A DNA stretch of 37,591 bases from a virus. A program made the translations under genes and the position numbers. Every line of letters starts with the position of its first letter. Positions within the stretch are counted from its first letter, which is position 1. The stretch lies in IMG/VR virus record IMGVR_UViG_3300028241_000164; one strand, given 5' to 3'. Below the pieces are notes generated by a model, which was not told the origin of the DNA, made no database searches, and worked only from the letters and a program-made list of their open reading frames with translations. Below, piece by piece: positions 14,290 through 24,900 of the stretch.

Positions 14290-15027
14290 ATGGACATCCA
14301 AGAAGAAATGGCTCAAATCATCACGGAGGCAACGGTGGATGAAACCCCGGCGGAACCTGAAAAGTCCGAAACTCCGAGTGAACCCGAAAGTGTACCGGCA
14401 CCTACGGAGGAGCCAAAGAAAACCTTCAAGGTCAAACACAATAAACAGGAAGTCGAACTCACCGAGGAACAGGCAAACGAAGCCATTCAGTACGGACTGT
14501 ATGTGAAAGACCGAGGCGGTATCACCCCCATCAAATGGTTTGATGAACAAGCCAAAGCGGCAGGATTCGACAGTTTGGCGGCTTATCAGAAGGCTCTTAA
14601 AGAAGCAAGCGAACAGCGTGAAGTTGCGCGTTTGGTTGAAGAAGATTCCTTACCGGAAGAAGTTGCCACCGAACTGGTTCAGTTGAGAATGGAAAAAGCA
14701 GAACGCGCAAAGGCCGAGGCCGAACAGACCACCGAGGCCGTTGATGCCAACCTCGTAAATGAGGTGCGTGAGTTCAATAAACTATTCCCTGACGTGGACG
14801 TTGAGAATCTTCCCGCAGAAGTTCTTGCAGAAAAGCAGGCGAACCGTTCGCGCTCCATCGTTGACATCTATGCAAGGTATGCCGTACAGCAGTACAACAA
14901 AAATCGGCAGATTGAAGAAAGTCAGCGGAAAGCAGCAGAAACAAGCACACCTTCATTGCAGGGCGTGGCAGATTCGCCCGACCTGTATGCCTTTATCGAC
15001 GACATCATTTTCAAAAAAAAGGAGTAA
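14290..15027 (+). CDS. capsid scaffolding protein
   Basis: Acidic, Glu/Ala-rich and helical, located between portal and capsid. Start at ATG 14290 after GAAAGGAG. Confidence 0.6.
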   Translation: MDIQEEMAQIITEATVDETPAEPEKSETPSEPESVPAPTEEPKKTFKVKHNKQEVELTEEQANEAIQYGLYVKDRGGITPIKWFDEQAKAAGFDSLAAYQKALKEASEQREVARLVEEDSLPEEVATELVQLRMEKAERAKAEAEQTTEAVDANLVNEVREFNKLFPDVDVENLPAEVLAEKQANRSRSIVDIYARYAVQQYNKNRQIEESQRKAAETSTPSLQGVADSPDLYAFIDDIIFKKKE

Positions 15028-15033
15028 TGACAA

Positions 15034-15945
15034 ATGCCTATCAATTTCAATGTATTCGGTGAAAAAACCGCCGATGCACTTGACAAAGCGTTCATTCAGA
15101 AAAGCGTTACCGGCTTTATGGACACAAACCCCGACAACATTCAGTTTATCAACGCAGACACCGTTCTCGTTGGTGAAACCAATTTCAGCGGCCTTGGCGA
15201 CTATGACCGCGACAACGGCTTCCCCATCGGCTCTATCAGTTCGTACAAGCGTTCCTACACACTGACGCAGGACAGAGGCCGGGCCTTCCAAGTTGACGCG
15301 ATTGACTACGATTCCCTCGACGCCGCGCTGAAAAAAGGCGTTATGGATATGGCTGACTGGCAAAACAGATATGTCGTGCCCGAAATCGACGCCTATACCC
15401 TTTCCAAGCTGTATTATTTCTCCACCACGAAACGCGAAGCGGCCAACGTTGAACTCTCGGCGGCCAATGTCTATTCCACGCTTGTCGCCGTTCAGGATTC
15501 CTGTATGGATGTTTCTGACGAGGAAGATTTGGTTTGCTTTATCCCGCGTTCCGTCCATTCGATGCTGAACGCCTCTACCGAAGTCACGAAAACCATCGAC
15601 GTTCGTGAGGTCAACAAGAACGGCATCTCCACGAAAGTCAAGTTTATCGACAATATGGAGATTATCCCGGTCAACGCGCAGAGGATGTATTCGGCGTATC
15701 GTTCGCTCAACGGTGTTGATGACGACCAATACAATGGCGGGTTCGTTGTCGCCGACGGTGCTGTCCCGATTCAGTATATCGTTATGCCCCGCTCGGCCGC
15801 GTTCAGAATCACGCGCACGAAGAAAATCCGCGTGTTTCAGCCGGACGGCAATATCCTGAAAGACGCCTATGCGTTGCAGTACCGCAGACTGTATGATGTG
15901 ATTTGCCTTGAAAGCAAAAAGTCGTCCATCTTCGTCGGCTATTGA
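15034..15945 (+). CDS. major capsid protein
   Basis: A 303-aa ORF after the scaffold gene. The N-terminal pattern (TV.VGETNFSGLGDYDRDNGFP.GS) resembles P22-coat/HK97-fold capsid families. Confidence 0.7.
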   Translation: MPINFNVFGEKTADALDKAFIQKSVTGFMDTNPDNIQFINADTVLVGETNFSGLGDYDRDNGFPIGSISSYKRSYTLTQDRGRAFQVDAIDYDSLDAALKKGVMDMADWQNRYVVPEIDAYTLSKLYYFSTTKREAANVELSAANVYSTLVAVQDSCMDVSDEEDLVCFIPRSVHSMLNASTEVTKTIDVREVNKNGISTKVKFIDNMEIIPVNAQRMYSAYRSLNGVDDDQYNGGFVVADGAVPIQYIVMPRSAAFRITRTKKIRVFQPDGNILKDAYALQYRRLYDVICLESKKSSIFVGY

Positions 15946-15957
15946 GGAGGATGAAAA

Positions 15958-16401
15958 ATGATTACTTGTACTCTTGACAACGTAACAAAAATCGTTGCTA
16001 CCGACGCACAGGCCGCAGCCCTTGTGGCTCTCGGATATACCATTACCGGCGGCTCCGCGGAAGTTTCCCCTTCCGTCGCTCTCGGAGCGGTTCCGTCATT
16101 CCTTGAAGATTACAGCGATTCTCTCAATCCGGCGTTTCGTGGTGAAGGGCTTGTCCTGAATCTTACGAACACGATTGGCTATATCGCTGCTCTTGCACAG
16201 CCGGAACTTGACGAAGCCGATTTCAGGGCGCTGATGGACGTCATTCGCGGCCACGAAAATACCACGACCACCCTTACTTCTCTTGCCGTGGTTGACGCGC
16301 TACCTACCGGGCAGAATATCCTTACTACTCGTCTGTACTTCCTGACGACCGACAATACCTTGAACTACAACGATGGTTCTTGGCACGTTCTGACACTATA
16401 A
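15958..16401 (+). CDS. head decoration / fibre-like protein, short paralog
   Basis: Homologous over its whole length to residues 1-160 of the next gene (MIT.(T/S)LDN(V/L)TKIVAT.AQA, NP.(F/Y)RG(E/D)G, LP......LY.LT). Confidence 0.5.
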   Translation: MITCTLDNVTKIVATDAQAAALVALGYTITGGSAEVSPSVALGAVPSFLEDYSDSLNPAFRGEGLVLNLTNTIGYIAALAQPELDEADFRALMDVIRGHENTTTTLTSLAVVDALPTGQNILTTRLYFLTTDNTLNYNDGSWHVLTL

Positions 16402-16413
16402 GGAGGGGAGTCT

Positions 16414-17745
16414 ATGATTACCCTTTCCCTTGACAATCTGACGAAGATTGTTGCGACACAGGCACAGGCCGACGTACTCCTGAAACAGGGTTACTCGTAT
16501 GTGTCGGGGAGCGCAGAAGGCACCGATGTATCGCTTGCCGCTACCACAGGTTATGTTGAAAGCGGAAGCGGAAACCCCTCCTACCGTGGCGACGGCTGCC
16601 TTGGCGAACTTGACGGCGGGCTGCTTCATCTCGTAAAAACCGCTATGGCCGGCGACAACGTGACCTCCGATATGCTTGCGGTTTTGCGAGAAGTTTACCG
16701 CAAAGTTGCGGAAGGGGAAGATATTATCGTTCCTATCTTTACCGAAATGGAAGCCGTTACCGAACTGCCCGACATCGGAGAGGCTGATATAAATACCCTC
16801 TATGTGTTGACAGAAATAGACGGAGAGTTCCCGGTGAACATCTATGCTCCCGACTATGACACATTCACCCCGCTTAACGATTTCGACATCCACCGCGGCA
16901 GAGCGGCGGCGGCTGTGCTTGCTCAACTCTCCTCCGCATACGACTCCGGCGCAAAAATCGTGGTAGACGACGTATCTTCACAATCCGCCATTGAAGCGAT
17001 TATTCTCGCCCGTATTCAGGCAGAGATTGATGTGGTTGACGACAACTTCACCGCGTCGTTCGTGTCGTCTACTTGGACACCACAAAGTCGAACTTGGAGC
17101 GGCAAGATTAAACTCACCGGCGAGGATAACGCGGCATACACCTATACCGACCATTATGCTCGTGTTTGGATGGTTGGCATTGAAGCGGAAACCGTTCACG
17201 GTGAAATCTCCTCGGCTTACGACAGCGGGGCCGATATTATCGTGGACGACTATACCTCGAAAGCCACCGTTGAAGCGTATATCCTTCCGCTGATTCAGGC
17301 GGAGATTGACGCCATTGCCGACTACCTTGTCGTGTCTTTTGTTGACAGTTCCTATGTGACGGAAACGCACACTTGGACAGGTAAGATTAAGGTTTGGGAC
17401 GGACATATCACCGGTAATAGTTTCACAGACGCGACAGAGCGCACTTGGACTATCAGCGTTCCTGCGTATGATATTCACGCACAAATCTCCGCTGCCTATG
17501 CTACTGCCGCCACTATCAACGTTGCGGATTACAGTTCCAAAGCGTCGGTCGAGGCTGCAATTCTCCCGCTCATACAGGCGGAGATTGACGCGGTTGACGA
17601 CAACTTCACCATTTCCTTCGTTGACAGTTCTTATGATGACGTTGCTCACACTTGGACGGGCAAAATCAAGACACAGGACGAGAACATCGCAGCGAATAGT
17701 TTCACAGACGCCGCAGCGCGGACGTGGACTATCACACAAACTTAA
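16414..17745 (+). CDS. head decoration / fibre-like protein, long paralog with three 93-aa tandem repeats
   Basis: Repeats start at residues 172, 265 and 358 (nt 16927, 17206, 17485). Shared motifs: IS(S/A)AY, ILPLIQAEIDA, HTWTGKIK, ARTWTI. Confidence 0.55.
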   Translation: MITLSLDNLTKIVATQAQADVLLKQGYSYVSGSAEGTDVSLAATTGYVESGSGNPSYRGDGCLGELDGGLLHLVKTAMAGDNVTSDMLAVLREVYRKVAEGEDIIVPIFTEMEAVTELPDIGEADINTLYVLTEIDGEFPVNIYAPDYDTFTPLNDFDIHRGRAAAAVLAQLSSAYDSGAKIVVDDVSSQSAIEAIILARIQAEIDVVDDNFTASFVSSTWTPQSRTWSGKIKLTGEDNAAYTYTDHYARVWMVGIEAETVHGEISSAYDSGADIIVDDYTSKATVEAYILPLIQAEIDAIADYLVVSFVDSSYVTETHTWTGKIKVWDGHITGNSFTDATERTWTISVPAYDIHAQISAAYATAATINVADYSSKASVEAAILPLIQAEIDAVDDNFTISFVDSSYDDVAHTWTGKIKTQDENIAANSFTDAAARTWTITQT

Positions 17746-17757
17746 AGAAAGGCAACA

Positions 17758-17780
17758 GGGGCGGGCTAAACCCCCGCCCC
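17758..17780 (+). terminator. GC-rich hairpin after the head genes (attenuator/terminator-like, no U-tract)
   Basis: GGGGCGGG (17758..17765) pairs with CCCGCCCC (17773..17780) around a 7-nt loop. Confidence 0.4.
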
Positions 17781-17787
17781 GACGATT

Positions 17788-18171
17788 ATGGACTATTTCA
17801 AAATCTTAAAATCATTTAGGCTTGACGGACATCCGTGGGTAGAAGGCTCAACCTTTGTCACGGGTTCTATGCCGATAGCACAGGCGCTGATAAAGAACAA
17901 GTTTATTGAAGTCGCACCAATGAAGAAAGAAATCACCGTGAAGGTTATGCGAAAAAGGTACAGCGAACGCAACAAAGCGTCGCTGATTCTTGAAGCAGAA
18001 GAACGCGGTATTAAGATACCATATGGGGCGGTTCGGGCAGACATTGCCAAACTGCTCCGTGATGATGACCGAAAACAGAAGAAGAAGAACAGCCCACACG
18101 CAAAGGTGAAAGCGGAACTTGAAGCGATAAGGAGAAAGCAAAATGACGACAGTCAAGGAAGTTCTCAATAG
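17788..18171 (+). CDS. hypothetical virion-associated protein with HeH/Rho-N-like motif
   Basis: KASLILEAEERGIKIPYGAVRADIAKLL resembles a helix-extension-helix DNA-binding motif. The C-terminus is basic. Confidence 0.5.
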   Translation: MDYFKILKSFRLDGHPWVEGSTFVTGSMPIAQALIKNKFIEVAPMKKEITVKVMRKRYSERNKASLILEAEERGIKIPYGAVRADIAKLLRDDDRKQKKKNSPHAKVKAELEAIRRKQNDDSQGSSQ

Positions 18172-18511
18172 AGCTATTGAACTGCTTGGATATACCGACC
18201 GATATGGTATGTCCGATTCGGAGCAATTCGGCGCAACGTTTAAGACCGCCTTGACTGCGGTCAATACCGTTATCACAGACCTTGCCCGTTGCGAACATAT
18301 TGACTATGTGCCTGTCACCTCCATTGACGATACCATCACCCTGTCACAGGTTTCCATTGACGACATCCTGCCTTACGGCGTGGCTCAATGGCTTGCCATG
18401 ATTGACGGCGACGGCACGAATCAGCAGATGTTTGCTTTTATGTATAACCAAAAAAGGGCAAGCGCGCCAAAGCCTTATCTCACCATCACCGAAACGATAC
18501 CCGTGAGGTAA
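18143..18511 (+). CDS. putative head-tail adaptor/connector protein
   Basis: RBS AAGGAG. A 122-aa ORF between the head and tail genes that overlaps the upstream gene by 29 nt. Confidence 0.45.
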   Translation: MTTVKEVLNRAIELLGYTDRYGMSDSEQFGATFKTALTAVNTVITDLARCEHIDYVPVTSIDDTITLSQVSIDDILPYGVAQWLAMIDGDGTNQQMFAFMYNQKRASAPKPYLTITETIPVR

Positions 18512-18515
18512 TCGA

Positions 18516-20840
18516 ATGGAATATCCGCAACTGAACAAAAATCCCGGCGGCAAAATTGAACTCAAAGACTTTACAGGCGGTATAAATACTGCCCGAAACC
18601 CATTGCTTTTGCAGGACGACCAAGTTCCCGAAGTCGAGAATATGGTGCCGTTCCGTGGGGTGCTTACCACGCGCAGGGCGTTTGAATCATCGACTGCGCC
18701 CGCAACGGTTGCTGCGGTGGAAACTACGGAACGCCAACTCAAAGCGTCATTTTCCGTTTACGAGGTTGGAACCGGTAATACAATAAATTGGTTTCATTCT
18801 ACATTCACACCGACGATAATCGACCAATCAATCACTTCCAAATGTCTTGATTCTTATTCCTTTTTAGAACCGCTTGTTCCCGATTCATTCGTCGAGGGTA
18901 CTGTCTATGACCTTACAGAATATACCTGTGTTACAGACTTTTACAACCCTACATATACCGCCGTTGCAGGAACTAAAATCCTAACCAATGCAAGGTTCTT
19001 GCGTACTGTTCAGGTTGAAAGTTACCTACCCACCATTTCCATTGACTTAACTGATTACGTTGGATATTGCCAACATACGGATTTACTCTTTGAGGTTCAA
19101 ATCGACGGAGAGTTTCATATCATCCGTGTGTTCTTGGACTATATCAATGGGGATATATCGCAACACATTAAAGGGTATATCATCGAAGATGAACGATATG
19201 CCTATGTTCCCACTATTATCACGGGTAAATCCCTTGATGGAACCCTTGCCACAACGCTTGAAGATTTCAACCTTCTTACACCCGCCTTCAAAGAGGAATG
19301 GTTTCCGAGGGCTTCCATTGTAACGGAATCCATAAACGAATGGCATACGCTCTACCCTTCTCCGTCTGTCTTAACACCATACATCAGGCTTAACTTGTCG
19401 CAACAGAATCTCGACGAGGATTCTGACGAGTATATGTTCTGTGAACTGTATGGCGTATTTCAGTTTGCGGAAGGTAAAGATACTTACTACTACGCTACGG
19501 CGAAACTTCAACATATCGAAGCGGCGACCACCGTCACGTTTAAGTTCTATAACGGCGACGGTTGGATGGTGCCGAATCAAGAAGCGTATGTCTTTGACGT
19601 TGTTCGTTTTAATGCCAATATGAAAAATGGATTTGCCGACATTCGTTTTGATTGGCGCGACGTGGCGGACGACATGGGTAGCCCCGCGCTCCACAATGCA
19701 AGTGAGTTCTTCAAAACATTCTACATTGAAAAGATTATTGTCACAGCCCGCAAAAAGAACCCCATGTACGATACCCTTGAAGATGCAAAGTCATTCGACC
19801 TTATCAACACGGACATTACCACGCTGTACGGCGGCACACGTTCCGGTATCGCTGACGGCACACGGAGATTCTTTGCCGGCTACCCCGAAGGCAACCTGAT
19901 TCGGTGGAGCGGGTTGAATGACATTACCTATCTTCCCGAAAACAACTTCGCCTATGTCGGTGACGATGCTGCTATCACAGCGCTTGCAAAACAGTATGGC
20001 GCGTTGATTGTTTTCAAAGAGAACTCCACCTATAACATGGAGTACACCTATTCGGTTGAGGACGGCGCTACGACCGTTCTGTTCCCGATTACGCCTATCT
20101 CAAACGAATACGGGTGCGACATTCCCGCTACCCTGCAACTTGTCAACGACAGGCTTGTATGGGCGAATACCAACGGGCGTGTCTACATCCTATATTCGCA
20201 GTACCAATACAGCAGAAAGAACATCGCTGACATCGGCGGAAACGTCTACGACCTTCTGAAAGACAACCCTCCGACCTTCGCTGCTGTATGGGATAAGATG
20301 TACTTCCTGTTTTCAAGCGTTCAGAGCGGAGGCTCCTACGTCAACCGGGCGATTATATGGGACTTCGACCAATCCACCTACTATAACTATTATTCAAACG
20401 AGAAATCACAGGACAGGCTCTCTTGGTTCTATTGGGACATTACCGAAATCACCGAACAACTCACCGCCGCGCAGACCTTTGAGGACGTACTCTATCTCAA
20501 TGGCGCAAACTACTATGCGTTAAGTGACACTTTAATTGATTCGTGTTCATTAAAGACCAAAGAGTTTGACTTTGGTGCGCCTACGCAGTTGAAGAATATC
20601 AGGCGTATTGATATAATGGCGGAGATAATGGAAGCGCAGACGGTGCAGATAGATTACTTTGGTGACAATGGAACGATACTTTATTCCGACTATCGTGCCA
20701 TTTCAGAAATTGGAAATGTTGTGATAGTTCTACGCCCCCACATATTGCGTTTGAGGACGTTTTCTGTTAAGATTACAGGGACGAAGTTATCAATACAGGG
20801 AATTATTATCACAGCAGACACAGCAGGGAGGTTAAGGTAA
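18516..20840 (+). CDS. large tail protein (podovirus tail-tubular/nozzle-like, 774 aa)
   Basis: The N-terminus LKDFTGGINT...LLLQDDQVPEVENM...G.L..R resembles tail tubular protein B-type N-termini. The call rests on size and position. Confidence 0.5.
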   Translation: MEYPQLNKNPGGKIELKDFTGGINTARNPLLLQDDQVPEVENMVPFRGVLTTRRAFESSTAPATVAAVETTERQLKASFSVYEVGTGNTINWFHSTFTPTIIDQSITSKCLDSYSFLEPLVPDSFVEGTVYDLTEYTCVTDFYNPTYTAVAGTKILTNARFLRTVQVESYLPTISIDLTDYVGYCQHTDLLFEVQIDGEFHIIRVFLDYINGDISQHIKGYIIEDERYAYVPTIITGKSLDGTLATTLEDFNLLTPAFKEEWFPRASIVTESINEWHTLYPSPSVLTPYIRLNLSQQNLDEDSDEYMFCELYGVFQFAEGKDTYYYATAKLQHIEAATTVTFKFYNGDGWMVPNQEAYVFDVVRFNANMKNGFADIRFDWRDVADDMGSPALHNASEFFKTFYIEKIIVTARKKNPMYDTLEDAKSFDLINTDITTLYGGTRSGIADGTRRFFAGYPEGNLIRWSGLNDITYLPENNFAYVGDDAAITALAKQYGALIVFKENSTYNMEYTYSVEDGATTVLFPITPISNEYGCDIPATLQLVNDRLVWANTNGRVYILYSQYQYSRKNIADIGGNVYDLLKDNPPTFAAVWDKMYFLFSSVQSGGSYVNRAIIWDFDQSTYYNYYSNEKSQDRLSWFYWDITEITEQLTAAQTFEDVLYLNGANYYALSDTLIDSCSLKTKEFDFGAPTQLKNIRRIDIMAEIMEAQTVQIDYFGDNGTILYSDYRAISEIGNVVIVLRPHILRLRTFSVKITGTKLSIQGIIITADTAGRLR

Positions 20841-21907
20841 TGGCATACAATCCGCAGGACGAATATAAACAAGCACAGAAACTTGCCGCGATGTTGAACA
20901 AGTCAATCGACACGGCATACGCTCCGGGTATTGCGGAGTATAACCGTCAGATTGAAGCCGCTCCCGCTCAATTTAATCCATACCGAAACTCCGCCGAAGT
21001 ACAGGCGAGGATTCAGGCGCAGACTGTCAATGAGCAGATGGCTAATGCGGGGCTTACCGCGTCCGGTTCAAACCTGACGGCGCAGACGGCGGTACAGACG
21101 GGGAAGCAGACCGCGCTGAAACAAATCAATGCACAGCAAGCGGCTGCGGTTCAGAAGTTGAAGTCCGAACTGAACGCCTATATCGCACAGCGCGATGCTG
21201 CCAAGCAAGAAGGCTACACTAGATTCTATCAACAAGCCGGACAGAATGTAACCGCGTTTAACCAACAGGCCGCGCAGGCTGCCAAGCAGCAGGAATACAC
21301 GCTTGAACAAATGCGGGTTGCAAACAGTTACAATACGTCCGGCGGCGGGAGTTCGGGTGGCTCCGGTGGCGGGAGTTCAGGCGGTGGCACAGGCGGAACC
21401 AAGGAAGTTAAACTTACCACGGCGGAAAAGAACACCGCAAAGGCTTTCGGCAAAGCGTACTATTACAAGATGGACAACGGGCTGAAATCCGCAAGCGAAG
21501 CGTCGGTTGAGATAAGCAGACAGTACGCCCCCGGCTCGGAGGGTTGGCAACTTGCAATGCAAGAGGCGGGCCTTGTGACTTGGACGAAGAACGCCTATGT
21601 TCTTTCGGCTTTGAAATCACCCTCCACGTCGGGCAATGCGGGACTTGTAGCGAGAGCGCTGCTTGAACGTGGAGATGATGCTGCAACTACCCTTCAATGG
21701 ATGAAGTCGCATTATGGGCTTACCGGAAATCAACTCGCCTTTGCGATGCGTGTTGCGGGTTATGGGGAGGCGGCTGTTAAAAATGCTACATCCGTTGCCA
21801 ATACGGCCGCTCCACAGGTTGCGGCTCCATCCGGAGGAAATGGCAGGGTATCAGGGCAGCCGGTCAATACTCAATACGGGCAGGGAGTACACGCCTTCAC
21901 GAGTTAA
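20840..21907 (+). CDS. internal virion / ejection-type protein (Q/A-rich coiled coil plus Gly/Ser linker)
   Basis: Q/A-rich N-terminal half, a GGGSSGGSGGGSSGGGTGG linker, then a globular C-terminal domain. Located in the tail module. Confidence 0.45.
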   Translation: MAYNPQDEYKQAQKLAAMLNKSIDTAYAPGIAEYNRQIEAAPAQFNPYRNSAEVQARIQAQTVNEQMANAGLTASGSNLTAQTAVQTGKQTALKQINAQQAAAVQKLKSELNAYIAQRDAAKQEGYTRFYQQAGQNVTAFNQQAAQAAKQQEYTLEQMRVANSYNTSGGGSSGGSGGGSSGGGTGGTKEVKLTTAEKNTAKAFGKAYYYKMDNGLKSASEASVEISRQYAPGSEGWQLAMQEAGLVTWTKNAYVLSALKSPSTSGNAGLVARALLERGDDAATTLQWMKSHYGLTGNQLAFAMRVAGYGEAAVKNATSVANTAAPQVAAPSGGNGRVSGQPVNTQYGQGVHAFTS

Positions 21908-21916
21908 GGAGAAGTT

Positions 21917-24900
21917 ATGGCCGTCAAAAAGAAAAAGCCCATAAGCCACTATGCTGGCGTTATGGCGCAGCAGGGCGCACAACCGAAGTCTACTGCAACC
22001 CGTGAACAGATAAATAGAATGGCAGATACAATCACCGCTCTTAACAGGAAGAACGGTGTTACTGCTGCGCCTGTTCAGACTACTGTTACCCCCGCTCCGG
22101 CCAAGCATCAATATACAAAGACGGGTGGATTTTCAGGTGGACCGTCGGGTAGTGGTGGTGGTGGTTGGGGTGATTCCACTCCGATATTTTCATACTCAAT
22201 GGACAGGAGAAAGTTGCCGAATGGAGAGATTGACACTACTGGTATGTCTAATGCGGAAATTAAGATAGAGGGAATCTATCGTGACTTTCTGACGTGGGCT
22301 GAAAAAATATATGCGAAAGCGGTTGTGAAAAAAAACAAAGAATTTAACCAATACCGCGAATGGATGGGTGTGGAGCCTAATACATATACGGTTGATGTTG
22401 TTAAAGATGTAATGACTTCCAAAAATTATCAAGAGATTGTAGCCGACAGAAACCAATGGAAACAAAAAGCACAAAACATTATGGAAAAACAGGCGGCAAA
22501 CAGCAAGGCGTATTCCGCTGCCCTGTCCATCGGTTCAGGATTGGAGGCAGGGACTAAAAACGCCATTGCGGGAATGACGCGAACATACGGAGTTGATACC
22601 GAAGTTTACGGAATCAATACCGTACAGGATTACGGTGTTATGGAGGCGGCCAATGCAGTTGCTTCCGCTGATGATACCGTGTTTCAGAAGGTATCCGGAA
22701 CTGTTCTCAACGCAGTTGGCAATATGATACCCTCTATTGTTGCCGGATATTTAACGGGCAGTAACGCCCTCGGTTCGGCCATTATGGGATTGCAAACCGC
22801 AGAGGGTACCTATAACCGTGCCCGTATAGAAGGTAAAAGTCACGACGAGGCCAAGTCTTACGGGATTTTAGTCGGCGCAAGCGAAGCCGCATTTCAATAC
22901 ATTCTCGGCGGAATACCAGGTGTCAGCAGCGGATTGGTTAGTAAAATAACATCGAAGCCGTTACAGTTTATTCTCAAATATACAGATGATGTATTAAAAC
23001 TGTCTGCGAAAAATCCTGCTTGGCAAGCCGTTGTTAAGGCAATGGGAAAAGCAACGGGCCGTATGGCGGGTGAGGCGCTTGAAGAAGGGTTGCAGGAATA
23101 CATTGACGCGGCGCTTCGTTATACTTTCTTTGACGAAAGCCCGGAAGGTGGTATATTCGGAGTTGGCGTTAAAGGAATGGGCCTGTTCGGAAGGGCGGGT
23201 TATTCGGCGTTTATCGGCGCTCTTACGGCGGGGCTTTTAGGCGGAACACAGGTAATAAATGATTATACTTCCGAGAAAGTAGATGCGACGGTCAAGCGTG
23301 ATACTGTATCGGACGCGGAGTTTGAAGCACAAACCGCAAAAGAAAATGCGGAGTCCGCTACTGAATCAGAAGATGATGTTCAAGATGTAGCCGAGGATGC
23401 GGTGATTGATAACGCGGAGCAAATCGTTGACCGCATTACGCTTGAAGGCACCGAGAAACTCATTCAGAAATGGGAGCAGGGTACTTACGAGGGTGTAGAT
23501 TTAGAGAACGCACAGCAGAAACTTGAAGGATTATATCAGCAGCGCGCCGAACTGCAACAGAAACTCCAAGAGGGCAAGCGCGTCAAAGGAAAACTTGCCG
23601 CAGTTGAAGGGCGGATTACCGACGCACAGGCGATGCTTGAAGCAATGAATCAGTATCCGGCCCGCGTTGTGGCAGACTTAAAACAAAAGATTGCAGAACT
23701 GGAATCCAAGGCGGCAGAAAATCCCGATGTTTCTGAAAATCCCGATGCTATTGAAACGGCAAACGAAGAACTGGCGAAATACCAAAAGATACAGAAACTT
23801 CTTAAACGTCGCATATCTCTTAACAAGAAAATCAAGGTAGCCGAGGATATTGCCAAAGCCAAAGCCGACCTTGAAGCGGGAAACATCACAGAGGCGGAGT
23901 ATGCAAACATAATGCGTACTGCGAATAATGTTGATGTGGCGAAAGCGCGGGCTGAAATCGAGAAAATCACCAATGCCATTTACGAGGCCCTGAATGGCTC
24001 TAAAAGCGATTTTGCTCCACAGAGTGAAATTACCCCACCTACGGCTGAAACTGCGACAGGCGAAGCCACAGCCGAAGCACCGGTGCAAAACGAGGCAGTT
24101 CAGGAAACCGCAGCAAAGGAAGTTGTGCCTGAAACAGTTGAGGAAGTTCCCGCTAAAACGGCAAAAACCCCCGCCGAACCCATTACCACAGAACAGGAAG
24201 GCGAAATCATACGGATTGCCAAGAAGCACTTCGGCGTTACGGTGGAGTTTGTCGATTCGCTTGACGGCAACCGAGGTTCTGTCACGGGATTGCGTGTTAA
24301 ACTTGCGCGTGATGCCAATAACGGCTATGATGCGTTTCTCTATACGCTCGGGTGCGAAGTGACGCATACCCTTGAAGGCACAAAGCAGTATGAGAAACTC
24401 AAAGGCTTATTGAGAACGATGCGCGGCTCCAAAGAGTTTGCGCGTGACGTGAACCTGCGTATGGACGCACAGCCTGATATGACACAGGCACAGGCAGAGG
24501 CAGAGATTGTCACGCAGATTGCTGGCGAGAAACTCTTTAATCCCGATACCATTTCTCGGATGGAAAACAAAGGGCTTATAACGAAAATCTTGAACATCCT
24601 TCGGAATCTCAAAGAAAAGATGCGCAAAGGGGCATACGAACAGCAGATTACACGGGTGATTGAGGCGTATCAGAAGGCTTTAAGGAAACAATCACCTACA
24701 AAGACTACCCTGTATGAATCGGGGCTTGACGAACTGAACAGACGCGCCAATGAACCCGGTACCGTCATCAAAAAGAAAGGCGTAGACGCTGTTCGTGACG
24801 TGAGCGTTCCCGAATTTACCAAGACAGGGCGCAGGGTACCGAACCTTGCGAGAACAATGGTGGAGGCCGGAAGCCTGACTGACGAGAGTGTGGATGAGAT

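Noticed and set aside
16927-17742. A diversity-generating retroelement (template/variable repeat pair) in the triple-repeat gene.
   Set aside because: The genome has no reverse transcriptase. The three repeats are all coding and in frame, and their differences are not confined to adenine positions.
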